Made by a program: the position numbers and the translations under genes. The notes under the pieces are model-generated. The model was not told where the DNA came from, made no database searches, and saw nothing but the letters and a program-made list of their open reading frames with translations. 64,000 bases of DNA from Chlorokybus atmophyticus (lineage: Eukaryota > Plantae > Mesostigma and Chlorokybus algae): NCBI GenBank assembly GCA_009103225.1, contig RHPI01002998.1:1-64000 (forward strand). Direction: 5' to 3'. Of the stretch, positions 38,346 to 51,622 are shown in pieces; positions within the stretch are counted from its first letter, which is position 1, and each line of letters opens with the position of its first letter.

Positions 38346-41300
38346 ATGGCTGCGGCGGCGGCGGAGGACGAGGAGAACGCCGCTCAGAAGCCGCCATCAC
38401 CTGCCGCAGCAAGGAGAGGGGACAAGAAGAAGTCTACTAAAACGTTTGGGCGGCGGCTGCTTCAGCGCCTGCGGCGATGGTGAGTGAGCATGCAATGCAG
38501 CTTGGCTTTGTAGTTTACGGGGGCAGCTCAGGGTTTGAACTCAGCTGTCAAACCCTATTTCCGCTGCTGATTGACATCAGCGAAGCTGTTTGACGACCAG
38601 CTTGGTCCAATTCGCGTGGCAATCACTTTGGTCTGTAGCCATGCAGTTGCGTACTCTTGGACCCTCTACTTAGGGCAAACACATTTGGCAACTAAATTGC
38701 CATTCCCAATCCTACCTGCACGGTGAAATCAGGATAGGTCTTGGCAACACACAGCGGACCCTCACAATCTAACGCATTGTCGCAGCACAAAGCCACTGCA
38801 AGCACGCCCTCTTGCTGTAATTCTGCAAACCTTGCGGTGGCAAGCTTGTCGGGTTGGTAGAGGCAATCACGCACTGAGACTCGGACTCAGGCTGTTTGCA
38901 TGCATGCAGGGCACTGGTGGTCACTGTCAGTTGACAGAGGTCGCATGCTTGTTGCAGGTACATTTTGCAGTCGACAGACTTTTGGCGTAAGGCTATCAAC
39001 GAGCCTTTGTCGCATACGTATGTGCCATTATGGCTTCGAGACCATTTGACATACTACAGTAAGCAGCAGACACTGTGCATGCATGCGCGGAGGTGTGTGC
39101 AGCTATCTCAGTAAACCAAGGTGATGTCATCTGCGTGTGTGTTGCAGGGCTACATCTTACATACTTCATTGTGACAATTTTGATCTCTTCAATCTTCATG
39201 TGGGGCAATTGGGGTGAAAACACTCAGCGGCTCCGTTACATTGACGCATTGTTCCTCTCCACTTCGGCCATGAGTGTCACCGGGCTGGCAACTGTAGACA
39301 TGGCCAGTCTATCCGTGCTGGACCAAGTGGTATTGACACTCTTGATGTTAGCAGGCTCTCAGGTACTTACATGGCTGTTATGGCAAAATCTTTTCTTTCA
39401 ATGCCAAACACATTGATTACCCTTGCACACATATATGCACGCGCACACATGCGCAAATGTGTGCACGCTGTGCTAATCCAGGTGTTTATGAGTTTGATTC
39501 CAGTGTTCGTGAGGCGGTACTACTTCAAGCGGGCTGTTCTTGAGATGACTTTTCGAGAACATCCACCAAGTAGGTGCTTGTGCTTATGGCCATCTCATGA
39601 CTTGACGACCATTGTGGTCCGTGATCGTCTAATGGGCTTCCGTCTGCATCAGCCTATTCTGCACCACTCTTGGCACAGCCGCATGGGCAAAAGTCGCCAG
39701 CAGCAGAGACCAACTCAACTGGCAGCTCGATTAGAGAGGGGTATGAAGCGACTCAATGTGCATTTTCTCATTTATTGGTGTACAACGTACATGCAATTGC
39801 AAGTATCCCAACAGGCCGCAACTGCGAAGACCGTCTGCAGTGGTCGTGTCTCCAATGCGGGAACCAGTTGACGAATCTGCGGTGAACTTGCAGCCAAGAT
39901 CATCGAAAAAGGCCTTCCACTACTACGTCCAGCGCACGTTTCAGGTTGGCTCTGGCACCACAGTGCGGCAATACGCTGAGTGCACTGCAGAGCGTTAGGT
40001 GAATCTGGTTCTGCTGAGAATCTGTGTTGCTCGTCAATGAGGTGCACTTCATTCCATGTGTGCAAAGTATGGTCAAGTAAGGTCTTGTCCACGTCTTGGG
40101 AGGCGTCATTTAATGATTGGTGGATGTAAGGGCTGGGGTTACCTACTACTGCTCATCCTCAGCAAAGTAACGTCCTTACTGTTGTATATGAACTTGGACT
40201 TCAGGCCATCCTAGCCTGACCAGAAACGTCTTAAAATTGAAGCTTTTAGGGGTCTCGTATGTTGTGTGGAAGTGTTTGCTGCAACACATGTTGCTCGCAA
40301 CACATGTTTTCACTTCTCTCACCAATATGTTATCCTCCCGCGACAGGAGTTCGACCCGCAACACCGGCCTCCACACCTTACCCAGCTGTCCAATTATGTG
40401 CGTTCGCGATCCCTCGCGGCAGGACGCTCGCCAAGTTTGTCGACTGGGAACAATTTCAGTTCACCCACATCCACCCAACGCCCCACCCAATCCTATGGCA
40501 GTCCAGTCGGTGTAACTGCGGCAGAAACGCCGGCCTTTGTTGAAGCTGACAACTCCTCTGGTGCACAGGAGTACCCAGCGGTGCGCATGCACACGCGCAC
40601 AGGAACCCACGCGCACATGTGTGCGTGTACGTTTCTGACCACCATGCAGGCTTGGCCTGATTGTTTTCATGGCAGATTGTGCGGCCGCAGTTGGCGCGAA
40701 GCGCGACAGCAAGTATAGCGGCCCCGCAGACAGGCCAGAAGAATGCTCACTTCATGCGCAAGTTGACTACTCTGGACTCCTCGTGGAGAGTGCCGGACAC
40801 ATCAACCAGGTTGGAGTCAGCCAATTTCGACCCCAACATAACGTGGAGCGCGGGCGAAGACCCGCTTCTGCTTCACATCCTGCAACAGCACCGCAACTCC
40901 TTGTCCCACATCGCGGGAGACCCCACACCCATCACCGGCATGGAGCTGTTGGAAACCGTGGAAAAGCTGCAGCGCCTACGTACGCGGGCCACTCGCAGCG
41001 TGGTATGCGTGTGCGCGCTTGGCTACACACCAAGAACAAGAGTTCACTCACTCACTGGCAATATTGAGATTTTGATTTGCTTGCTTGATTTGCAGGGTCC
41101 TTCAAGCGATGTTGAGTCGCCGAGGACAGATTTCTCTGTGTTTGATGAGGAGTACCTTGCGGACGAGGCATGCATTGCGGAAGCGTCGAAGCGATTGAGA
41201 CAATCCATTGAGTACAACGCGCTGCGGGAGCTGTCCATGCTGGTGCCGCTGTACTTTGTGGTCATACAGCTGGCAGGCTTCTTGCTGATCCGCATCGACT

Positions 41301-43421
41301 TTATCTATGACAAGAGCACGTCAAATGTGTTGAGGAAGCCATACCATATCAACCCGTGGTGGTTCAGCCTGTTCCAGAGCGTGTCCGCGTTCAACAACGC
41401 CGGCTTCAGCCTCCTGTCCGCCAACATGATACCTTTCCAGCGCGCGACGCTCGTACTCCTCGTCGCTTCCGCTCTCATCCTTCTCGGTAGATCCTCACTT
41501 GATTGGCGTGTGCATTTGCAAACCAGATGATTGCAACCGCGTTTCACGCGAGAAGCAGTCAACATGCGTCTGATATTGGTGATGTCTCTTATCTCTCTGG
41601 CAGGGAACACTGCCTATCCGATAGCTTTGCGAGCTATTGTTTGGTTCCGGGCGCGCTATGCGCGTTCAGACGAGCAGCGGGACGCATGCAACTACCTCCT
41701 CAAATACCCGCGCAGGTAGGTTTGGCACAGCTGCGCGTGTGCATGACGCTTGCGTAAAGTGACTCACAAACCAACCAGTCCCCGTCCTGCAGGTGTTTCA
41801 CTCACTTGTTCCCAGCATCCCAAACACGCGTACTGTTCATAACTCTCGTGGTCATCAACTCGACTGAGTTCTTCTTCTTCCAAGTGCTTGACTGGAACTC
41901 TCTCGCCGTCAAGGGATTGGGGGCAGGTTACAAGCTTTTGGTAGGGCTTTTCCAGTCGTTCTCCACACGCAGCGCGGGGCTCAATGCCGTCAACATTGCC
42001 CTGCTCAGTCCTGCAATGCAGTGGCTCTACACAGGGCTCATGTATGTTGCGGTGTACCCGCTCTACATATCGCGGCAGAGGTCACAGGTGTGTGAACATG
42101 TCCAAGCGTGTGCATGTGCGAGTGTGTGTGTGTAAATTTGTGTTGAGGTTGAGGGCCGCAGCAATGCACATGCTAACATAGTTCTCTGCTGCTTGTACTC
42201 TCATGCAGGTGACAGATGAGTACGAGATGAAGGAGTTGGGTTTAACGAAAGACGAGCTGCTGTTAGAAAAGGCGGAAGCCGACCACGTGTGGGTTCAAGG
42301 CCGAAAGCTGCTTCTTCGCGACACTGTGTTTTTGTTCGTGTCTATATTCCTCATTTGCATTATTGAGAAGTCGCAATTTGAGCTCCAGCCTTCCGATTTC
42401 CAGGTTGGACCTCTTGCAATGCGCGATCATTTACTTTTCATTCTTACAAATTCAACAATAACACCACCAATCGTGCATGCAGGTGTTTGCTGTCCTCTTT
42501 GAGGTGATTTCTGCCTATGGCAACGTCGGGCTCTCGCTAGGATACCCTAATGTTGTGTTTGCATTTTGCGGCACATGGCACACTCTGTCCAAGGTCAGTG
42601 TGCCTCGCACGCCTTCAACCCAACTTGTCCATCACGTAACCTTGTGTTGACACTTACCATACAGGCATGTGCATACAACTCACTGTATTGCTGGCGTGTG
42701 CAGCTGGTTTTGGTCGTTGTCATGTTGCTAGGGCGGCACCGCGGGCTTCCGGAGAACATCGACAAGGCGTTGCAGCTTCCGAAGAACGAGATGGCCAGTC
42801 CTAGTCGTACACACCGCATGTTTTCGGCGCACACCTCACCTGCAAGCGGGACCCACCCGCCCTCGGCCAACAACACGTTCACACCAGCCACTCAGCAGCG
42901 GCAGGCACCCACCCCTCCCACGCAATTCCAGTCCCACCTCGAGCGCGCCATGTCCAAGGCTGTCGCACGTGTCAACCGGTCCACTTCCTTCCCGACCAGG
43001 CCGGCAAGGGGCATGCCAGAACCAACATCATCGGTACCCAAGACAAGGCTCGCGCGACCTTCTTCAGACGTCAGCGAATTGCTCAGGGTAATAATGGTTC
43101 CATGATTACACATAATGCTGAGTACTGCATTTAGAGTTGTGCTGCACGCGCGCGCACATACGCATATGCACATGCACAAAAAACTAACCAGTTCGCACGT
43201 TTTACATGCATAGGCGCTATCTGTGTGAGTTTGGTACCTTACCAGGCTTGATGGCAAGGTGTTGTGTTTGGCAGGGGCAGAGTGACAGGTGGTTGCCAAC
43301 TGTAAGGGAGGGTTCGCACACATCGCTGATGGAAGCTGACACATCCACGCGCGCATCGCTCTCATCATCACAACAACAAGAACCACTAGACGTCTCAACT
43401 CGGAATGCAACCCAAACATAG
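38346..43421 (+). CDS. TRK: Trk/HKT cation transporter, paralogue B
   Basis: Pore motifs STSAMSVTGLAT, SAFNNAGFSLL, FSTRSAGLN, SAYGNVGLSLG, plus LLGRHRGLPEN. Start MAAAAAEDEE. Stop TAG at 43419-43421. Confidence 0.95.
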
Positions 43422-43783
43422 TAGATACGGAATGTTGCCTGCATAGTGTGACATTGTTGTGCGTATTGTATATAGTATAGAGTGTTGCCAGCACAGTGTG
43501 TCATTGCTAGGTTAGTCTTAGGCGCTGGACTACGCTCTACGCCACGCTTTGTATTGCTATTCATTGTAGAGGATTGCTCTCACAGTGTCTGCTCCCAACT
43601 GAGGTATGCAGATAACAAGTCCCAATTCTATTATGTTGAAACTCAGACACACCAGCGAGTAATCTCAAGCAGGCCGCTGAGTCCACGCGAGTCGCTCGCA
43701 GGCTAAGTGTCTGCTGCTGCCATGCTAAACATGACAAAGAATGCTAACAATAGTGTCAATGTGACTACTCATCAATATCAGTG

Positions 43784-46700
43784 TTACAACAGGAAAGCCA
43801 AAGCAGCAGCCGCTGCGAGTGCCACGGATATTGCCGCGAAGCCGGATACCGAGGCGGCTGCGCTGTTGCGGGGCGCAGGAGGACTCGTAGTCTCCCCGCT
43901 GGAGCGCGGACTCGGTGGAGGCGGTGAGGACGAGGTCTTTGCTGGAGGTGAGTTGGTGCTTGGTGTCGGTGTTGGTGTCGGTGAGGTGGTGTCGGGGGTT
44001 GGCGGGGGGATCTCCATCAACACAGGTGAAGGAGGTGAAGGACCGTCTGAGTACACCACGGGCGTGAGATGGTTGTGGTTATGTGTCCCTCACGCGTATG
44101 TGTATGTGTGTGCGCGCGCATTCATATGTGTGGGTGCGTGCAGCAGTGCACAAACGCATATAGTTGCGCGTGTGTGGTTACCTGTGGGAGGCATTGACAT
44201 GGAGGGTGTGGGTGCGTTGGTGATGATCGGCGGGGGGAACATGTTGGCTTGCGGCGTGGCATCGGGTGGAGGGGAGCTGGTTGGCAGTTTCATCGGCGGA
44301 GGGGGGGTAGGTGCGGTCTCAGGCGGCATGGGAATCTCCCCTGGCATGGTTGGCGGCACGTTGTCAACAGCTAAAACCACTATGCCGGCAAGATCCGCAT
44401 TGTCCAGCTTGGCGGTCAGTTGCATCTGCAACACAATACAATATTAATGGTTGTGCGCTCGTGCAGCGTTGTTGAGTATGTATGTATGCTCGTGTGCGTG
44501 TTTGCGCAAGTGCATGTGCACTTGGGCGCATTTGTATAAATCTTCATGGTATACATACCTGCATGCTGGTGTCGGTGGTGGTCACAGTGTAAGTCCTGAT
44601 GAGAGCCGCGTTCTTGCCGGCCAACTTGAAGATATCAACATCGGCGTCGACAACAGTCCCCTCAATGCTTACATCAAAGATGCGCTGCCCCACAGTCGTC
44701 CAAAAAGACTCCACAAAGTACAGCGAGACCACATACGCTCCGACACGTGGCAGCGGGAGCGCGTACGAGAAGCTTCCATACCGGTCGGTCTGGAAGATCC
44801 GTTGCCTTCCCTGAGTACTTCCATCAATAGCTTCCGCTGTGCCCGATGTGGCCCCGCCGACAAAGTACTCATCAGCACTCCACGTGACACCTGTAGTGTG
44901 TGCGTGTGTAAGCAGAGCGATTAGATGTGTGTGTGTGTGTGTGTGTGCATGTGTGGGCATGTGTGTGTACCTGTGACATCGGTGTAAGGTGCTCCCGCCC
45001 CCGCATCAATGTAATAAACAGCTGTCCCTGCAAAGGGCACGTACACAGCCACAATTGAAGTGTCATCCTCGGGCGCCAAGTATGTGTGTGCGGCGGCCCC
45101 GTTGTCGGTCCACCCCGCAAACTGATATATCCTTCCATCAGGTGAGGTGTATAGTTGGGGTGCGCTCAACGTGGTGCTCCCACCCTTGATCATGTTGAAT
45201 GCAAAGGGTGTTGTGCCCTGCGCGGGACCGAAACCCAACGTAACGCCCGCCACGGGTGAAGACAACACCGTCACAACACTTGTTTCGGGTTGGATGTTGA
45301 CTTGGGTTGTATCACTGATGCCACTCGTATCTGTCACAGTGAGGGATACAGTGATATATGTTGGCATTTCGTGCTCGGGGGCGAGAGCTGAACCCGTCGT
45401 TGCTGTCCCAACAAGGTGGGTGAGTCCGTGCGTGTGGCATGAGTCCACATCATCCGACACGCAATGATGCACAACCACATCCCATGTCAACGTATCACCC
45501 GCCTTGTTACCCGCACCCGCAAACTGTATGGTATCACCCACACGCCACTTCAGCGACGCCAACGGGGCCGATATCGTCGCCTTCGGTAGCAACGCAGCCG
45601 TGGCGACGATATTCACCGTGGCCGTGCCGACATCATCGTTACCGAGACTATCCGTCACGCGCAGCGATACAACATACTTCCCCTCCTTCTGATACACGTA
45701 AGAGGGAGCCACACTCGTTGAGTCCCCGAACACGCCATCCGCGTTCAAGTCCCACGAATACAACAACCCGCCCGCAGCCGTGCCGACACTTGAAGTACTC
45801 GCATTGAAGTGTATCGTTGCCGGCTTCGCTGCCGCCAAAGGTGAGGCGGATATCTTCGATGTAGGCCCCACGGGCACGAAAGATAGCCGATATACGGCCT
45901 GCTCGTCGTAATCGACGATATACATATCATTTCCAGAGGGTCCCGCCTCGATATCAGAGACAGAGAGAGCGTCAACTAATGTTACAATTGATGTTGGGTC
46001 CGGGTCCTTATTGCCGTTAAGACGCATGGCCCACACGCAACGTTGGGTGTAGTCACCGAATAAGAGGGAACCGGAGTAGTCTGCGGGGAAAGTGGAACCG
46101 GAGTAGAAGGCGATACCCGTCGTGGCGCCGGAATAAGCACGAGAGCAGCCTGAGAGAATAGAGGTGAGTGTTAGGTTGGGTCATGGAGTGTGAGTGCAGT
46201 TACTGAGCAGTCAGGGTGGGCAGTGTGGACACATGTGTGCGTGTGGTTGCGTGTGCGTGTGTGCGCGCGCACACAAAGATGGTTGCACCCCGCGCGTGCG
46301 TGCGTGCATGTGTGCATGCACACACATTGTGCACAGACTCATGCAGCAGACAAGGTCAACAAGCTGTTTCGTACCAACAGGGTTGGGTCTGTCGTTATGG
46401 GCATACGAGTAGAAGGGCGCCTGATAGTTGAGCGCAGCATTGTTGGCGTACAGTCCCTCGCACAGCGTGAACCCTGTATCTCTATAACTCCCTTGTGCCC
46501 CAAACCCTTCATAGCAAGGCCACCCGTAGTTCCTCACAGGTCCCACCCCATCCGTCACATCCCTGATGACGTTGATCTCCTCGTAGTTGCCCCACCCAAC
46601 ATCTCCAAACCAGAACTCCTTGCTGTTACCCCTAAACACCCCTCTGAAAGGATTTCTCATCCCGTGCGCAACGATGCGGGACCTATCCGCCTGCTCCGAT

Positions 46701-47858
46701 GCATAATTAGCATAATTCCCAGGCGCAGCCTTAGCAGTCTCAGGGTCGATGCGTAAAATAGAACCGTCATAAGATAGTTTTTGGCCTGGCATGGGTCCGG
46801 ACCCACGCACAGCCTGAGCCCTAAAGGACCCTCCCTGAGTCGTGGGTGGGGTGATTTGGGTCCCTCCAGGATAGTCTTTGCAAGGGTTACCCAACCCAGG
46901 GTTTGGGTTCACCATGCCATAATCCATAGTCCACCAAGCGGACCCGTCCCCAGTAGTTAGGTACAGGTAGCCATCAGGACCGAAGACAAGGGACCCAACA
47001 GAGTGGGAAGCCCACTCTATACACCATTGACCCTCCATCATGATGTTCTCACCCCCAACAAGTGTGTTGTCTTTGTTCACTGTGAAGCGGGAGAGGCGAG
47101 CGCTGACCACGCACACGTTGTCGGGGGTGCAGGTGTCCTGGAGCTTGTTGCCTGGGTCAGACGTGTAGAGCAGGTAGAGGTAGGGCTTGGTGGTGGTAAA
47201 TTGAGGGTGGAGAGCCATGCCCAACATGCCGCGGTCCAAGTTGTAGTCGACGTCGATCTCAACGTCGATGATCTTGGTAGCGGTCGTGTCGGAGATGGAG
47301 TCGAACACCTTCACGTGACCCTGCTTCTCGCCAACAAAGACACGCCCATCCGCTGCACAGGTACACATGATCACTTGTCAGCACATGGACACCTGTGCGC
47401 GCACACGCACACGCCCATGTAGCAGATGTGCACACGCACACACACGCACGCACACACGTGCACACACACACTCACAAGCACGCAGACAACTACACACGTG
47501 CTTACACGCCCCACACAGACTCACACACAGGCAATATGTGTGTGCGTGTATATGTTGGTTTATCCCAACATGACCAGCATAGGTGTCACAGATTTCTGCA
47601 AAGCACAATGCATATTTGTACTGCCTATTGTGACCGCCGATGATGTCATCCAACAAGCCTCACACTCTTCCACAACGACACAACACCAGGTCACATACCA
47701 GCAAATTTGACTGTGACAGGTAGGATGAGTCCACTGGCCACGTCCCATACTTTGTCCAGCCTGAATCCCTGCTCCACCGCCACCGCGGCCTGGGCCGGTC
47801 TCAGCAAGATGAGGAGAGGAAGCAGTAGGGCGCCCGCAACCACACACAGGCGGGACAT
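43784..47858 (-). CDS. Secreted GSDH (PQQ-dependent sugar dehydrogenase-like beta-propeller) + PKD + malectin protein with Pro/Thr stalk and GPI-type C-terminus
   Basis: Six exons: 47858-47699, 47352-46375, 46149-44971, 44890-44559, 44425-44182, 44046-43784. Signal peptide MSRLCVVAGALLLPLLILLRPAQA. GSDH motifs DRGMLGMALHPQF, HSVGSLVFGPDGYLYLTTGDG, GMRNPFR, DVGWGNYEEIN, NYGWPCYEG. PKD LYSWDLNADG..VSLRVTD. Malectin FQTDRYGSFSYALP..LYFVE..GQRIFDVSIEG. Hydrophobic tail. Confidence 0.93.
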
Positions 47859-48629
47859 GTGGCACTGCCCACTGCCCCCAACCCCGCCCCGACCCATCCC
47901 GCCGCCGCCGCCGCCGCCGTGGCCTGTGAAAGTGGCCTGGTGTGAAGTCCACCCCCCTGATTTAGGATTTAGTCTGAGTCCAATCTCAGAGCACAGCACA
48001 GTCTCAAGTCACGTGATCAAGAAAGCATCTCGGAATGATTATCGTTTGCTTCCGGTCATACGGAAGGAACTTACCATTCCAGTAAAACTGAAATACCTTC
48101 CCTCAATGGCTTGTTGTGTCTGCTGCGACATTATGTTCGTGTTGGTTGCCCGGTGTGTCACGTGAGCGCGCTTTCGGTTGCTGGTGGCGTGACGTAGCTT
48201 CCAAGCCGTTGGATGACGGGGTGGCTGAAGGGTGGGATGGTGACTCGCGCAGTTGTTGGCGGAAAGGTGACGAGACGTTTTCTTGCTTGCATGTTAGTTG
48301 TGTTGTGGCTTCTGCGTGGTGGAGGCCAAGTCTTACTGAATTGCGGCGGCGGCGGCGACGGCGGATAAGGAGGAGGAGGAGGAGGAGGAAGAGGAGGAAC
48401 AGATAAGAAGAGTTCTCAGGACTGACGCAAGAGGAGAGCCAGATTGATTGTTGTTGAGAAGCAGGCAAAGGTCAAGAGAGGGGAGGAGTTGCGGCGGAGA
48501 AGTGGTGTTGTTGTTAAGTGGTTTGGTTTGTGTATGTGCGTGTCACACACACACATACAGTGATCGTGTAGTACTCTGTGTATTGCTGTAACCCTTGGGT
48601 AGGACGGGGAGGAGGAGTTGGTGTAGGTG

Positions 48630-50584
48630 ATGGATGGATACAGGAAGCTCAAAGATGAGAGCGAGTACAGGGTGAGTAAATGATGATCGCGTGACTTGAT
48701 GATCAGATGGCCATGATCAGATGGCTGAATGATGTGGCTGTTCAATGTGCTTGTGGATGACCACGCACACATCTGTTGTTCACCGCAGAAAGATGGAGTG
48801 GAAGGCAAGCAGAAGACTGATGAGGAGAACGTCATCGGGGAGAAGGCACCCCTCATAGAGAAAGATGGTGCGCTATGTGCACTTCATGTCTGTGAGCTGT
48901 ATCAGTCATGTAGTGATGCGTTGGACACCCATGTGTGCTGTATTTCATCATGCATGCAGCATGTACAACAGGCACGCCTCACCATTCACCAACATAACAC
49001 ACACTCTACACCATCTCCTCAGGCTGATGTGCATCTGCTTGTTGTCAGGTGGAGCTTCCATGACAATCGCAGACTGGTCACGCAAGTAAGACTAAGAGGA
49101 GACATCATCTCATGTCTCTGACATAACTTGTCTCAAACTCTTCATAACACTCCTGTTATTCTTTTACCCAGGTCTGCGGTGACCCTGGCCTTGACAGTAT
49201 TAACCAGCAGTCAGGGCATCTTGATAGCCTATTCCAAGAAGGCCGGCAAGTACGATTACTCCGTCACCACCGCCAACTTGTGCGTGGAAGTGACCAAATG
49301 CCTCCTCTCTTTGCTCGCATTAATGCAAATATGGCGCAAAGAGGGTTTCACCGAAGACAACCGGTTATCCACTTCATGGTCCGAGATCTACGTGTACCCG
49401 ATCCCCGCCTTTCTGTACCTCATCAAGAATTTACTTCAGTATTACATATTCCTATACGTGGACGCGCCGAGCTATCAGATATTGAAGAACCTGAATATCA
49501 TATCGACGGGAGTGCTGTATAGGCTGTTTTTGCAGAAGAGGTTGAGTGGAGTGCAGTGGAGTGCACTGTCGCTGCTGGCGCTCGGATGCACTATCACGCA
49601 GATGACCAATCAGTAAGTTGTGCGTGTGCGTGTGCGTGCTCACGTTTGCGCATACGGGTGTGTGGGCGCGGCAGTGTGTTTGTAAGCGTGCACGCGTGTG
49701 CGAGTGTGTGTGTGCCCGCATGAAAGTTTGTGCGTGTATGTGTGTGTGCGCGCAGGTGCGTGCATGCGTGTCATATACGCGGACACTCACACACACATAC
49801 ACACACGCACACACACGTGTGCACGCATACATTTGCGTGCACAAACCCTTTCTTTGTCATTGTAGAACATATTGCACATGTTGGCAGTTTACCACGAACA
49901 CTCTTCGCTACAACTCCTATCTCTTTTACCCTCAGGTCCGACAGGGTGTTTGACACGGGCGTGACGGGTTGGGTCATCGCCGTCTTCATGGCTCTTCTGA
50001 GCGGTGCCGCTGGCGTCTACACCGAGCTTATCATCAAGAAGCGACCCGCCCGCAACATCAACGTACAGAACGTGTACCTGTACCTGTTCGGCATCTTCTT
50101 CAACGTCATCGCTATATTCGTGCAGGACTACGACCACGTTGCCAGCAAGTGAGGAGCAACTTGTTGTTGTTGTTGTTGTTGTTATTGTGTGTGGAATATG
50201 TCTTAATGTGTGGTTTGATAGGGGGTTCTTCTATGGGTACACGTTCATCACGGCTATCATGGTTATGAACCATGCGTTGAGTGGCATTGCGGTGTCGATG
50301 GTCATGAAGTTTGCAGACAACATTGTCAAGGTATTTTGCACCTAGGCGTGGGCGTGGGCGGATGCGCGTGTGCATACGTGTGCGTGTGTACATGTGCATA
50401 CAAGCCTTGCATTTGAGACCAACGTGTCTTTGTACAGGTGTATTCCACATCCGTGGCGATGTTGCTCACGACGCTGATATCCATCCCGCTTTTCGGCTTC
50501 ACTCTCTCGTTTCCTTTCGTTATGGGGACTTCCGTAGCTTCTATCGCTGTGTATCTGCACTATCAGAGCCCAAAGGCCAAATAG
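48630..50584 (+). CDS. Nucleotide-sugar transporter (SLC35A, plant CMP-sialic-acid-transporter-like)
   Basis: MDGYRKLKDE start. AGKYDYSVTTAN, YPIPAFLYLIKNLLQY, YQILKNLNIISTGVLY, LSGAAGVYTE, NINVQN, NHALSGIAVSMVMKFADNIVKVYSTSVAM. Seven exons with GT-AG boundaries. Confidence 0.95.
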
Positions 50585-51375
50585 AGAGGGACAAGTTGCC
50601 ACATTATGCACAATCGCAGAAGCCATGCAGTTTACTCAGTTGTATGACACACATTGTTATTATTCTTCCGTTATTGCTGTCTCTTTGTGAAATGCACGAC
50701 AACAAGTGCACACTGCTCACTATGCTGTCATCTGAAAAGCGGGTCACTAAATGCGGCTGCACACATTTGTCTGAACCATTCAAAAAATGGTCACAACTTA
50801 TTTAGCGCATGAGCTATGTATTTTCTATGTGTACAAAAGATGCAAGCTGCATCACGCACATGCAAAGCACACCGCATGCAAAGCACACTCACATGCCATA
50901 TACCAACTCAGCACACCGCATGCATGCATTTACATATAACACCACCGGGCTACATGTTAGCCTACTTACTCACTAAGCACGACACCAACTACCACTACCC
51001 CGTTAGACATCATGCAATGCATGCATGGGCAATTCACAGTCTTTACCTGCACGCATGTGCAGCTAGTTAGTCTTCCACGCGGTTGCCTCAGCCAGCAGGA
51101 TGAGCAGCACACGGACTCCCCCTCCCCCTCCCCCTCCCCCTCTCCTTCACCCACACCCTCACTCCCTCCGCTTCCTGGCACTGCTGCTGCTTCAAACCCT
51201 CGTCCAGGGCCCCTCTGCCCTGCCCCTTTGGCAGCGATGCTGTCGCCTCGCTTGGCCATGAGCTGGGTCACTGGCACGCCCTTGCTGCTAGTTAGGTGCT
51301 GCTGGTGGGGTTGGGTTATGAAAATGACAGTGCTACCTTGCACGCGGTGCTATTGGGATAAAGCAAGATACTCCA

Positions 51376-51405
51376 CATGACATGACATGACATGACATGA
51401 CATGA
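51376..51405. repeat. (CATGA)6
   Basis: Directly visible. Confidence 0.9.
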
Positions 51406-51622
51406 CAGACAACACCATGCAGGTGTTGTGCGCAATCATCAGGTCATCAACAGGTTAGGCCCGTATGAGGGTACATGTTGAATCTACCAGACAGTCAAGG
51501 GGAGACAGTCGAATAGAACTTGTCTACACAGGCACTAGGGCTAAGGAGACACAACAACACCACATTACAACAGCAGACTGCTGCTTTGCTTACACGCTAG
51601 TGGACTGTACACCCCCGGAAGC

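Noticed and set aside
43784-47858. Orthology to plant HIPL1
   Set aside because: It lacks the Cys-rich folate-receptor-like N-terminal domain and has PKD and malectin modules instead. A phylogeny is still needed.
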